Below, piece after piece: positions 48,648 to 58,768 of a DNA stretch of 64,000 nucleotides. Source of the DNA: Candidatus Bathyarchaeota archaeon (GTDB lineage Archaea; Thermoproteota; Bathyarchaeia; Bathyarchaeales; Bathycorpusculaceae); NCBI GenBank assembly GCA_963715865.1, contig OY970280.1:1184001-1248000 (forward strand), in the 5' to 3' direction. The translations under genes and the position numbers were made by a program. Every line of letters starts with the position of its first letter. The first letter of the stretch is position 1. The notes beneath the pieces are model-generated. The model did not search any database. It saw only the letters and a list, made by a program, of their open reading frames with translations, and had not been told where the DNA came from.

Positions 48648-50716
48648 GTTCCAAAAATTGCCTTCCAATATCTCGGTTTAACCAGCAGCACATCTTCAAT
48701 GTAAGCTCTTAGGGGCTCAGCCACACTCCACGCTTGCGCAATGCAACCCCTCGGCGTGTTGGGTAGGTCGCAATCGTATATTTCGCTTACTGTTCCCAAC
48801 CCAGCTTGATGGATTCCGATGGTGAAAAAGGGCAAAATAAGATTTTTCAGTGCGTACTCACGTGATTCAGCGGTGTAGCTGTTAACTTTCAAATACGCAG
48901 TTATGAAAGGCCCTAGCAGCCAAGGCCAAATCGTACCGTTATGATAAGCGTTGTCTCTGCTTAACCTATCGCCAAAGCATTTGCCAGCAAATTTAGGGTC
49001 ATTTAACGCTAAAGTACGCAAGCCATAAGGCGTCACAAGCTCACGATTCACCACATCAACAACCCGCTCGCTCTTATCCTTGCCCAGCATCGAAAAGTCC
49101 AATGAGACCGCAAAAATCTGGTTTGGACGAAGCGACGCATCAGCACCGTTAGCTTCCAGAACGTCAAAGAGGCAACCTGCTTCAGCGTTCCAGAACTTTT
49201 CATTAAAGCTTTTGCTAGTTTTATTTGCCATCACAGAGTATTTCTCAGCTAAAGCTTTCTCGCCAAACTTGTTTGCCAGCAACTCCATAAGACGCAGTGT
49301 ATTGTACCATAAAGCTTGAATTTCCACAGCTTTCCCAACTCTAGGCGTAATCTCTTTGCCATCAACCGCCGCATCCATCCACGTAAGCCTTGAACCATGC
49401 ATAATCAAGCCGTCATAATTCAAGCGAATACCAAACAACGTGCCCCGCTCATGATAATCAACTATTGCTTGCAGATTTTCCCACTCTTCTTGAACAAACT
49501 CAAAGTCGCCGGTGTACTTTAGATATTGCAGCACAGCGTTAACATACCAGAGGGTGGCGTCAACTGTGTTGTAAGCTGGCTCACCAGACTTATCAGCCAC
49601 AAAATTCGGAATAAGCCCGTTTTTGCAGTACAAAATAAAATTCTGTAGAATATCTTTTGCGTCGCTGAATCTGCCAGTTACCAGCATCAGACCAGGCAGG
49701 GAAATGAAAGTATCTCTGCCCCATGGTTCAAACCAGAAGTACCCAGCAATGACTGATTTCTTGCCCATGGTGTTCTCAACTATGAAGGAGTCTGCGGCTA
49801 AAAGAACCCAGCTTAGCCAATCGCTCATTGGAACTTCAGGGTGTAAACTGTAAAAGTTAACCAGCAAGTCACTGCTTCGCTTTTGCTCACGATTCAAGCT
49901 GTCTTTAACCTCTAAAATTGTGCTTCCTACAGCATCCAAAACCTCTCTTGCTGCTTGGCTTTCATGGCTAACCGCTGCTGTCACCGCAAACTCCTTTTCC
50001 GTTTCAGCTGAAACCTGCACTTCAAAGTAGCCCGGCTGAAAACAATCATCAATGCTGGCTTCTCCTCTGAAAGCTTCAACGCGATAGAACAGGCGGTCTA
50101 TCCAATTAATTTTCTCCTTAAATTCCCCATCAGTTGAACGGCAAACGATTGTGGTTTCTGGACGGTGAAAGGCTGCTTCTAGTTCTTTGGCGCTGCTTTT
50201 TTGTGTGAAATTCAATGGTGTTTTCCGTCGGTCAACGACAGAGTGAAAGTGTCTGCAGGTTAAAAGCGGATAAATTCTAACCTTAGCCTCAAAAATATTC
50301 TTGTTAGAAACCTTATAGAATACTGAGACAGCGTTCTTGTTTTTGGGCACACAAATCGTCTTAACAACATCAACACTGCCAGCACCATAGATGTACGTGG
50401 GAAAAGGCGAAATTGAAAACCCTCTAATCAACCTGTAACCCTGCGGATAAAGCACGTCACGAAACTCGTTAGCTCCCAACTGGTAAACGCCGTTACCCAC
50501 AAAAACTTCCTCATCCAGCTTTGATAGGCACACGGTGCGGTCGCCCGGCGGATGCAACGCCCCGACCAACAAACCATGATATTTCCTAGTGTTAATGCCC
50601 AGCACTGTTGAAGAAGCGTAACCGCCTAATCCATTGGTTATGAGCCATTCCTTATCAATAACATCTTCAAAATGGGTGAGCGTTTCTTGAGTGAAGGTTA
50701 TGGTGGGCAGATTCAT
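48644..50716 (-). CDS. Glycogen debranching enzyme (amylo-alpha-1,6-glucosidase), archaeal type
   Basis: 'EWLITNGLGGYAS', 'WGRDTFISLPG', 'LRPNQ', 'YHNGTIWPWL', 'QAWSVAE'. Confidence 0.9.
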   Translation of the reverse strand: MNLPTITFTQETLTHFEDVIDKEWLITNGLGGYASSTVLGINTRKYHGLLVGALHPPGDRTVCLSKLDEEVFVGNGVYQLGANEFRDVLYPQGYRLIRGFSISPFPTYIYGAGSVDVVKTICVPKNKNAVSVFYKVSNKNIFEAKVRIYPLLTCRHFHSVVDRRKTPLNFTQKSSAKELEAAFHRPETTIVCRSTDGEFKEKINWIDRLFYRVEAFRGEASIDDCFQPGYFEVQVSAETEKEFAVTAAVSHESQAAREVLDAVGSTILEVKDSLNREQKRSSDLLVNFYSLHPEVPMSDWLSWVLLAADSFIVENTMGKKSVIAGYFWFEPWGRDTFISLPGLMLVTGRFSDAKDILQNFILYCKNGLIPNFVADKSGEPAYNTVDATLWYVNAVLQYLKYTGDFEFVQEEWENLQAIVDYHERGTLFGIRLNYDGLIMHGSRLTWMDAAVDGKEITPRVGKAVEIQALWYNTLRLMELLANKFGEKALAEKYSVMANKTSKSFNEKFWNAEAGCLFDVLEANGADASLRPNQIFAVSLDFSMLGKDKSERVVDVVNRELVTPYGLRTLALNDPKFAGKCFGDRLSRDNAYHNGTIWPWLLGPFITAYLKVNSYTAESREYALKNLILPFFTIGIHQAGLGTVSEIYDCDLPNTPRGCIAQAWSVAEPLRAYIEDVLLVKPRYWKAIFGT

Positions 50717-50719
50717 TTT

Positions 50720-51601
50720 TTATAGCATCAACTTGGCAACGTTTTTATCGCGTGGAACACAGAAATAATTGGCTACTGGAACACATTTTGTTCTGAATAA
50801 AAGCAAATGAGGCTTCGTTAACTTGTACTCGGTGAGGGTTTCAGCGTAACCCATGCCTTTGGCGAAAACCAGTTCTGCAGCATCATAAACTTTCAAGAAT
50901 TCAGGTGAAACTTCCTTTTTTTGTAAACCAACCGCGTCGGTTCCAGTGGTCAATACGTCGTCGGCTATTTTATCCATGCCTGAGAGCGCAACATCATCCA
51001 AAGTGGCATCGTTAATAACTGGTCCGCCTTTAACGACATAAGTTACTTTTAACCCCATGTTTTTTAACTGTTCAACTAGTAGCGTGTCAAAAACGATTTC
51101 TCCAGCGTTATCCGCTAAGTAAAGAACGCTATCTGCCTTCTTTGCTAACTCGTAAGCTTTGTCAATATCATCTATAACCAAGTCTTTAGCTGCTTCTCTA
51201 AAACAACCGGACAAATTATTCAAGTTGAATTTGTGGCCTGGAATATCGAACTCCATAATATTACCCACAATGGCACAGAGACATGCTTTCTTGAACCGTT
51301 CCTGCTGATTATTACCCTCTTCCACAAGCTTTTTTGCGCGCGGCAGCATTTTCAACGCTTTCTCGTTAGCCGCTTTCTTGCTTCGCATATACGGGTCATT
51401 ATTGCTTGTTAACTGTTTAATTATGCGGTCTCTTTTTGTGCCTAAATCCGCCGCCACCGACGTGGGTTTGAATTCCCGATTTAACAGTTTAACAACTTCA
51501 GCGAGACATCTGAAACGTAAGGCAGGGTTTGTTGTAGCTTGGTAGGTTTGCGTCGTTGCCCGTGCAAGTAAGCAAGATTCACATTCGGCTTCAACTTTCA
51601 A
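50720..51601 (-). CDS. ARMT1/DUF89 damage-control phosphatase
   Basis: 'CESC', 'GNIMEF', 'YLADNAGEI', 'KGMGYAE'. Confidence 0.88.
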   Translation of the reverse strand: MKVEAECESCLLARATTQTYQATTNPALRFRCLAEVVKLLNREFKPTSVAADLGTKRDRIIKQLTSNNDPYMRSKKAANEKALKMLPRAKKLVEEGNNQQERFKKACLCAIVGNIMEFDIPGHKFNLNNLSGCFREAAKDLVIDDIDKAYELAKKADSVLYLADNAGEIVFDTLLVEQLKNMGLKVTYVVKGGPVINDATLDDVALSGMDKIADDVLTTGTDAVGLQKKEVSPEFLKVYDAAELVFAKGMGYAETLTEYKLTKPHLLLFRTKCVPVANYFCVPRDKNVAKLML

Positions 51602-51615
51602 GGTTGCTCACACAA

Positions 51616-52350
<735 letters not shown>

Positions 52351-52401
52351 TCAAAAACGCCTATTAACCTTTAGTATTGACAATTTAACGTTAAAACTAG
52401 T

Positions 52402-54087
52402 TTATGAAACAGAGGCTTTAACTTGCAGGGCAACCCTTTTAGCAACATTTTCCGTTAACATTCCTATAAGTTGCCCGTTTTTAACCATGACAGCTCGCTT
52501 TATGCCCTTTTCCTCCATAAGCTTCATGGCTGTAATCATTGATTCGTTTCCTTGAAGAATTATAAGCGGCGTGTAGTTGAGGTCTTTTGCAAGTGTTTTC
52601 TTAGGGTCCTTGTGTTCTTCAACTATTTCCTTCAAAATGTCCCTGTCGTTTATTACCCCGACTGGCTTATGATGCTCAGTTATCAGAACTGAAGTAACAT
52701 TGTTTTGCAACATTTTGTCAACAAGTTTAGCCACTATTTCAGTTGTTGAAATCTCAACTATTGGAAGTTTAGTGCCCGCTTGGTTGCTGATTTCCGAGAT
52801 GTCGATTCCTCTCTTCCAAATATCATTAAGCATTTCGCTTACTCTTTCAATTTGGCTGGGATCACTGGAGTAGAAGGTGTCAGCCAAGTAAAAGGCAGAT
52901 TCAGTACCCAAATCGCTTAACGGCGGCATCTTAAACATGAACAGGTGCTTGTTATCAACAAGCATCATTGTTAGGTAGCTGATTGGCACATGCTTGACTT
53001 CATAACTAGTTGAAAGTTTTTGTGCTGGTTCAAGGTTGTCTAAGTCTATTGACGCCATTATTCGAACATTTAAGCCTTTTTTGAAGTATTTTATTAATGG
53101 GTCATCTTCAGCCAGACGGTTAATGCTTTGGGATGAAGTGATTATTACAATGTCTTTTTTTGCTGATTCAAGAATCTTAGTAACTTTGGACCAGGCTTCT
53201 TCAACGTCTTTAATGACAAGTGTTTCGCCTATTGGTATTCCACTCTTCAACTCCTCTATTCGCCTTGAAGCATCAACTCCGCTTTGCCACATTTGGAGGA
53301 AAAAAGCCTTCAGCACGGAAATGAACATTTTATCATTTATCCATAAACCTTCATCTTCCAAATTCAGCACGGATGCTTCATTGCCAAAAGGCGCATACAA
53401 GATGGCTTCTTCTTCATCCTTAATCAAAAAGCGCGGGAAAAATTTTGAACTCATAGCAACATGACGAAGTTTAATGTTTGATTTCTCTTCCGAAATATCC
53501 CTATCTATCCTTTCTGCAACCTTTAAGTTTTCATGGGAAATATCAGTTATAATTTGAAACGGTACATTCTGCTCTTGGGAAAAACTTTCGGCTGAATCAA
53601 AGATTCCCGCAATGTCTTCTTGAATGAAACCTAAAGCGGTTGTTAAAACTATAACTTCAGCTTCCGATTCCTCAATCATAGATAACATTTTAGCATGAAT
53701 CTTCTTCTTACCCGTAATTATGGAGAATTTAGCCAATGGATATTCTGATTCAGGAGCGCTTATAGATTGCCAAGCCGTTAAAAGAGTCGGTTTCTGTTCG
53801 CTTAGGTTGGCAACTTCATTCTTTTTAGAATTAATAAAAGAGTCCACTAACGCTTCAAAAGGAACAATCGTAAAACGTGTAGGTCTTTCCAAGGTTGCTT
53901 CAATAAAGCCTTTCTCCTGTAGTTTCTTGAATGTGCGGTATGCTTGAACACGTTCCATTTTAAGCCTTTTAGCTACAAAGCTAGTTGATTGGACGCCGCT
54001 TTTGGCAAGGAACAGGTAAACTTGAATTTCTCTTTTTGATAGACCGAGAATTTGCAGAAATCTTGTGACGTCCTTTTCACTCATCAA
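52402..54087 (-). CDS. TrmB-family regulator with C-terminal CBS domains
   Basis: TrmB HTH 'LGLSKREIQVYLFL...LQEKGFI...RPTRF', two effector-domain-like segments, CBS pair 'GVINDRDIL...GMLTE'. Confidence 0.85.
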   Translation of the reverse strand: MMSEKDVTRFLQILGLSKREIQVYLFLAKSGVQSTSFVAKRLKMERVQAYRTFKKLQEKGFIEATLERPTRFTIVPFEALVDSFINSKKNEVANLSEQKPTLLTAWQSISAPESEYPLAKFSIITGKKKIHAKMLSMIEESEAEVIVLTTALGFIQEDIAGIFDSAESFSQEQNVPFQIITDISHENLKVAERIDRDISEEKSNIKLRHVAMSSKFFPRFLIKDEEEAILYAPFGNEASVLNLEDEGLWINDKMFISVLKAFFLQMWQSGVDASRRIEELKSGIPIGETLVIKDVEEAWSKVTKILESAKKDIVIITSSQSINRLAEDDPLIKYFKKGLNVRIMASIDLDNLEPAQKLSTSYEVKHVPISYLTMMLVDNKHLFMFKMPPLSDLGTESAFYLADTFYSSDPSQIERVSEMLNDIWKRGIDISEISNQAGTKLPIVEISTTEIVAKLVDKMLQNNVTSVLITEHHKPVGVINDRDILKEIVEEHKDPKKTLAKDLNYTPLIILQGNESMITAMKLMEEKGIKRAVMVKNGQLIGMLTENVAKRVALQVKASVS

Positions 54088-54221
54088 ATAACCGCCGTAT
54101 AAAACCCGCTGTTCCTGATAATTAAAGAGGTAGCCGACATTTATATAACTAATGCTGGATTGTAGACTTTTTGAAAAGATATTTGACTACAACTAAAGAC
54201 ATCTTTATGTTTAAAGGATAG

Positions 54222-54902
54222 TTAAGCAAGCTTCTTTTGCAACGTCCCTCTCTCATTTTTTGCTCTTTTTGCAGGCTTCCACGATTTTCTAACAAAACTT
54301 GGATACTCCCCATTTTTTTCCAATAATCGCTTCAGGAAAATCATTGTTTTCTGGTCAGTTAAGTATCCGCTGCCAAAGTCGCCGTATTCCAGTTTTAAAC
54401 TTGCGATTTCTCTGTCCCGTTCCACCTTGGCTATGATGGATGCGGCTGAAACAACTGGAAAAATCTTGTCTGCCTTATGTTTAGAAATGATTCTGGTTTT
54501 GATTTTGAGGCATTCTTGAATGTGATTTCTGAATCGATATTCAACCGTGTCTGCTGCGTCAACGTAGACTTCGTCGGGCTTTAAGGCTTCAATTACCTGT
54601 GCCATTGCCTGCGCCTCAAGCCTGTTTAGTTTATGCAGTTTTCTGGCGCTTTCAACTACTTTGTCAATTTGATACGGAAGAATCTTTATTGTCTGGTATT
54701 TTTCGGTTAAGCGTATAATTTCAGGATACAACTCTTCACGCTTCTTGGGTGACAGGAGCTTTGAGTCTTTCACTCCTAACTCGCTGAGCAAAGGCAAAGT
54801 CTCGACTTTCACCGCGATGCCGGCGACTACTAGGGGACCAATAACGCATCCGCGACCAGCTTCGTCTACACCAGCAATCAACATTTTATTCAACTGCACC
54901 AT
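54222..54902 (-). CDS. rnhB: Ribonuclease HII
   Basis: 'GVDEAGRG', 'VKDSK', 'AASIIAKV', 'GSGY'. Confidence 0.95.
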   Translation of the reverse strand: MVQLNKMLIAGVDEAGRGCVIGPLVVAGIAVKVETLPLLSELGVKDSKLLSPKKREELYPEIIRLTEKYQTIKILPYQIDKVVESARKLHKLNRLEAQAMAQVIEALKPDEVYVDAADTVEYRFRNHIQECLKIKTRIISKHKADKIFPVVSAASIIAKVERDREIASLKLEYGDFGSGYLTDQKTMIFLKRLLEKNGEYPSFVRKSWKPAKRAKNERGTLQKKLA

Positions 54903-55003
54903 TAATTATGAATGGCTTTAGTATACTAAGCTATAATGCTTTTCCAAAAACTACTGTCACAAAGAAAACAAAAGCCAAGTGCAGTTTGATTTGAACGTTG
55001 AAA

Positions 55004-55702
55004 TCAGATTTTTTGAGCTACTATCATTGCATGCGCCTTGTCAAAAGGCTCCAAGCGTACAACCTCTTTAACGTCAAAACCCCTGTTCCTCAAAACTTTG
55101 GCTTCCTGCTGGTAAACCGCGTTTGGATCCATCGTCACGTCGATGCTTTGCGCTTTCACAGCCAGCATCACCCAACCATTTGGTTTCAGGAACACGTCTG
55201 CGTTGTCAGCTAACAGTTTAGCTTGTTCCGGCTGCGCAACATCACAATAAATCGAGTCCACCTTGCCTGAGATGAACATAGCGTATTTTTCTGGCATGCG
55301 TGCGTCCTCAAGAAGCGGGGAAATGTTAGGTCGATAAGCAGCAACATTGTTAACTAAATCTCGAATTGACCTTGAAGCGAATTCGACACAGTAAACGTGC
55401 CCACTTTCGCCAACAATGTCTGAAACGTGGCTTGCCGTGGTTCCTGAGGCTGCACCTAAATAAAGAACTTTGTTTCCAGGTTCTATGGGGACAACTTGTA
55501 CGCCTTTTATGATGGCTGCTGCTAGTTTGCTTCTGAAAGCGTCCCAAACACGGTACTCAACGCTTTTAAAACGGATAAGCCGTTCACCGTAAACGGTCAA
55601 GCCAGGGGTTAGGTTGCGTGTGGCTAACCGTTGTGCGCCATCTTCAAGCGTGGCTTGGAAGATTTCTTTAAACTGTGGATGCGGTTTAACCTTGACGTGC
55701 AC
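55004..55702 (-). CDS. flpA: Fibrillarin-like rRNA/tRNA 2'-O-methyltransferase
   Basis: 'VYGE', 'RSKLAA', 'YLGAASGTT', 'DVAQP'; start uncertain (GTG 55702). Confidence 0.93.
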   Translation of the reverse strand: MHVKVKPHPQFKEIFQATLEDGAQRLATRNLTPGLTVYGERLIRFKSVEYRVWDAFRSKLAAAIIKGVQVVPIEPGNKVLYLGAASGTTASHVSDIVGESGHVYCVEFASRSIRDLVNNVAAYRPNISPLLEDARMPEKYAMFISGKVDSIYCDVAQPEQAKLLADNADVFLKPNGWVMLAVKAQSIDVTMDPNAVYQQEAKVLRNRGFDVKEVVRLEPFDKAHAMIVAQKI

Positions 55703-56981
55703 GCCTGTCTCTTCTCCAATTCTGACCACCTTGGCGCTTTCTGCCTCGGTCGCGTTCTCTAAATGGCTGCTCTTGTCTTTCTGGTCTTTGTTCTCTGCGT
55801 TCGAATCCCGGTTTGTTTTCTTTTGGTGGCGGCGGCTCCTTGTATTTCTCGCGTATTTCTTCTAGTCGCTTGTTTATGTCCGCTTTTAATCGGTCTCCGA
55901 TGTAGTGGCCTCCGAAGGCGTCAACTCTAGCGGCGATGGCTAGTTTTCCAGCGATAACTCTTGCGATTTTTCCTCTCTGCCACCTTTTCGCATCATGCAA
56001 CAGTGTGTGCTGGAAGATTAAGCCGTGTTTTGGCGGTCTAGCGCCTGTTTTCAAGGAGCGGAACAGGGCTTTTTCTGCACCTAAAACTTGAATTGTGCTT
56101 GCTGGTCTCATAGCCAAGTTTTGCAGGCTGCCAGCGATGGCTATTAAGCGTGCGCCAAGAAGTGCTCCTGCAACTGCTCGTACGTTAGGCGCCATTTCCT
56201 CCATGGTTCTGTCAAGGTAGTTCTCCATGTTCTTGCGCAGTTCATAGAATTCAAGCACGTTTTTGGCTAAGGCTTGTATCTGCTCTAAGTCTGGTCCCGC
56301 GATGTCTGCGCCCATGGATGATTCAGCGGCTTTCGCAACTAATCCTGCTCTTTCTTTGGGAATATTTTCCTTTTCCAAGGCTTCTGCTGTGTAGTTTTCT
56401 CTGTAGCCTAAGTTCATGACGAGCCGAGCATAAGTTTCATGTTTTTCAATTAAGCGGTCAAGCTCAGGGAAGTACACGCCGTACCATTCTCTTAATCTGC
56501 CCATGAAGAGGTTAACTGTGCGGTCTAAGTCATCAAGCGTCTGGATGCCTTGAGCGATGATTAAGTCTCTTTTTTCCGAGGCACCTTTTATTCTTAATTT
56601 GGCAAGTTCCAAGCTGACGTTGCGGTTCCATAGGCTAAGTTCCTGCTCATCTTTAACAAAGCCTGATTCAAGTGCAACTTCATTCATGCGTGAGCGGAGA
56701 ACTTCAGCTTCGGCAAGTTTTGCCACTTCTACGGTAACGTTCATTTTTCGTTGAACTTCTTCTGCCAGGTTGGCGTTTTCAAAAACAAAAGTGTCAAAAC
56801 CCGCGTTTTTAAGAAGAGAAATCAAGGAAAAAACTTCATCTGAGAGCTTTCCTGTTTCGGTTTTCAGCAGGCTTCTTGCGACTGCCTGTGGTTTTTTTGG
56901 AAACAGAACCCTCTCTGCTAAGCCTTTTTTGTCGTCGAAAGCTGCAACTCCGAATGGAAATTGAATTATGAATGCTTTCAT
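55686..56981 (-). CDS. nop5: C/D box sRNP protein Nop5
   Basis: 'RLREWYG..FPEL', 'IQVLGAEKALF', 'PKHG.IF', 'RGKIAR'. Confidence 0.93.
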   Translation of the reverse strand: MKAFIIQFPFGVAAFDDKKGLAERVLFPKKPQAVARSLLKTETGKLSDEVFSLISLLKNAGFDTFVFENANLAEEVQRKMNVTVEVAKLAEAEVLRSRMNEVALESGFVKDEQELSLWNRNVSLELAKLRIKGASEKRDLIIAQGIQTLDDLDRTVNLFMGRLREWYGVYFPELDRLIEKHETYARLVMNLGYRENYTAEALEKENIPKERAGLVAKAAESSMGADIAGPDLEQIQALAKNVLEFYELRKNMENYLDRTMEEMAPNVRAVAGALLGARLIAIAGSLQNLAMRPASTIQVLGAEKALFRSLKTGARPPKHGLIFQHTLLHDAKRWQRGKIARVIAGKLAIAARVDAFGGHYIGDRLKADINKRLEEIREKYKEPPPPKENKPGFERREQRPERQEQPFRERDRGRKRQGGQNWRRDRRARQG

Positions 56982-57085
56982 GTTTCTGAGCCCCAATAAA
57001 CTAAGTATTGTCAACGTTCTAACTTAATAAACAGTTTTATTACCCTACGCAGTAAGAACCGTATTTTTACGTTAAAGGATTAAGC

Positions 57086-58288
57086 TTAGAGGTTTTCGAG
57101 TGGTAATTCAATTGTGAATTTTGTTCCTTTATCCTTTTCACTTTCAAAAGTTATTGAGCCGTGAAGTGTTTCAATAAACCGTTTAACTACAGCTAAGCCT
57201 AGGCCTTGCCCTTTAGCTTTTGTGGTAAATAATGGTGTAAAGAGTTTAGGCTTAATTTCTTCAGGGATGCCCATACCGGTGTCTGATACTTCTATGAGTG
57301 CTTTGTTTTCTTTTTTATTAGCTGTTATTTTTAGCGTACCACCGTTAGGCATAGCTTGCAGGGCGTTATTGATTAAATTTGTTAATGCACGTCTAAGCAA
57401 TGTTGGATCGGTGCGTATTTTTGGAAGAGCCTTAATGTCTATTTTTAGCACTGTTTTTTCTGGAATCCTTACTGTTTTAAAAATGCTAGCAATCAATTTT
57501 ATAAAATCTGTTTCTGAATATTCTGGTTTTAGCGGTCTAGCGTAGTCCTGCAGGTCGGATACTATTTTGCTTATGTAATCTGTTTGTTCTTCAATTATGT
57601 TTATGCTCTCTAACGTTTGCGTTTTATCTTCTAGGTAGGGAGTGTTGGCAATTGCTTCTTTCGCTAAGTATAATTCGCTTACAATTGCTTGCAAGGGATT
57701 GCGTATATCATGTCCAATCATGCCAGCAGTCTGGCCAATGGCGGCTAGGCGGTCTGTATCCTTGCGCTCTGTAACATGCTGAAAAATCCGCCAGCGATAT
57801 GAGTGAAGCTGTAAAGAGCTTAACGGGGCAACAACGTTTGCAAATATTAAGCTGAAAAGCGCTGTAAAAAGCGCTGGCGCCTCAAATGATTTAAAACTTA
57901 GCATAATTATTAGAACTCCACCAATAGTAAAAACTAACGACGGCAATGCTTGGTAAATAAATCGAGTTGGGATAACAAGATAGAAAACAAAAACAGCCAT
58001 GTCAATAATGATTATATGTGGAAGGAAATTTTGAGGGCGTGTGGAATCCACAAGTAATATTCCTACAACAAGGGTAAGCAAATAAATGAACGTTGATGTA
58101 TCATACGAGCGGTAATTTTTAACTTGACGGATATATCTAATCTGGTAAGCGGAATAAAATATTAACCCAAGCCTTAAGGCTGCAAGAGCATAGAATGTTG
58201 ATGATAAGCCAAAAAACATGTAATCGCTAATGGCGAAGAGCGCTACAGTTAACGCAAGGAGTACTATAACCATTCTAGTTTGAGACAC
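57086..58288 (-). CDS. Membrane-bound sensor histidine kinase
   Basis: About 5-6 TM helices, H-box 'GHDIRNPL', 'NALQA', 'DTGMGI', 'GQGLGL'; the frame stays open about 55 codons further upstream without a canonical start. Confidence 0.88.
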   Translation of the reverse strand: MSQTRMVIVLLALTVALFAISDYMFFGLSSTFYALAALRLGLIFYSAYQIRYIRQVKNYRSYDTSTFIYLLTLVVGILLVDSTRPQNFLPHIIIIDMAVFVFYLVIPTRFIYQALPSLVFTIGGVLIIMLSFKSFEAPALFTALFSLIFANVVAPLSSLQLHSYRWRIFQHVTERKDTDRLAAIGQTAGMIGHDIRNPLQAIVSELYLAKEAIANTPYLEDKTQTLESINIIEEQTDYISKIVSDLQDYARPLKPEYSETDFIKLIASIFKTVRIPEKTVLKIDIKALPKIRTDPTLLRRALTNLINNALQAMPNGGTLKITANKKENKALIEVSDTGMGIPEEIKPKLFTPLFTTKAKGQGLGLAVVKRFIETLHGSITFESEKDKGTKFTIELPLENL

Positions 58289-58768
58289 ATCGGAAGCAAG
58301 AAAAAAATCTCTATATTCATCGTTAGTCTCATAAGAAGTTCTCTGAAAAGCACCCTTTATTTTCTTAGTAACTTCTCCTATCGCGTGAGAAATCCAATCT
58401 GTTTTGTTTGTAATATTTTTCGCTCCTTGCTGAATGCCTTCCTTTCCTTTACTATTTTAGGACTGGGTCGAGCGCGCAAAATTACATTGCCCTAAAAATG
58501 TTAAGTTCAAAACAAAAGAGTACATGACTTATTAAGAATTAAACTTTTTTACCAATAACAAAGCAAAGTTTTCTTTTCACTTTTTTGCTTTTACCATTTA
58601 AAATTAAATGTTTACTTATTGTGCTGTATTAGTGATATATGGGTAAGCGTACACTTTCCTTACTAGTTGGTTTTTTAGAGTTTCTATAAATAAAGCCTTA
58701 GTTAAGTTTAAACTCTGCGTTGAATAATAGGTAGAGCACCAATCTGGGAGCGCAGGGGAAAAGGGTTT

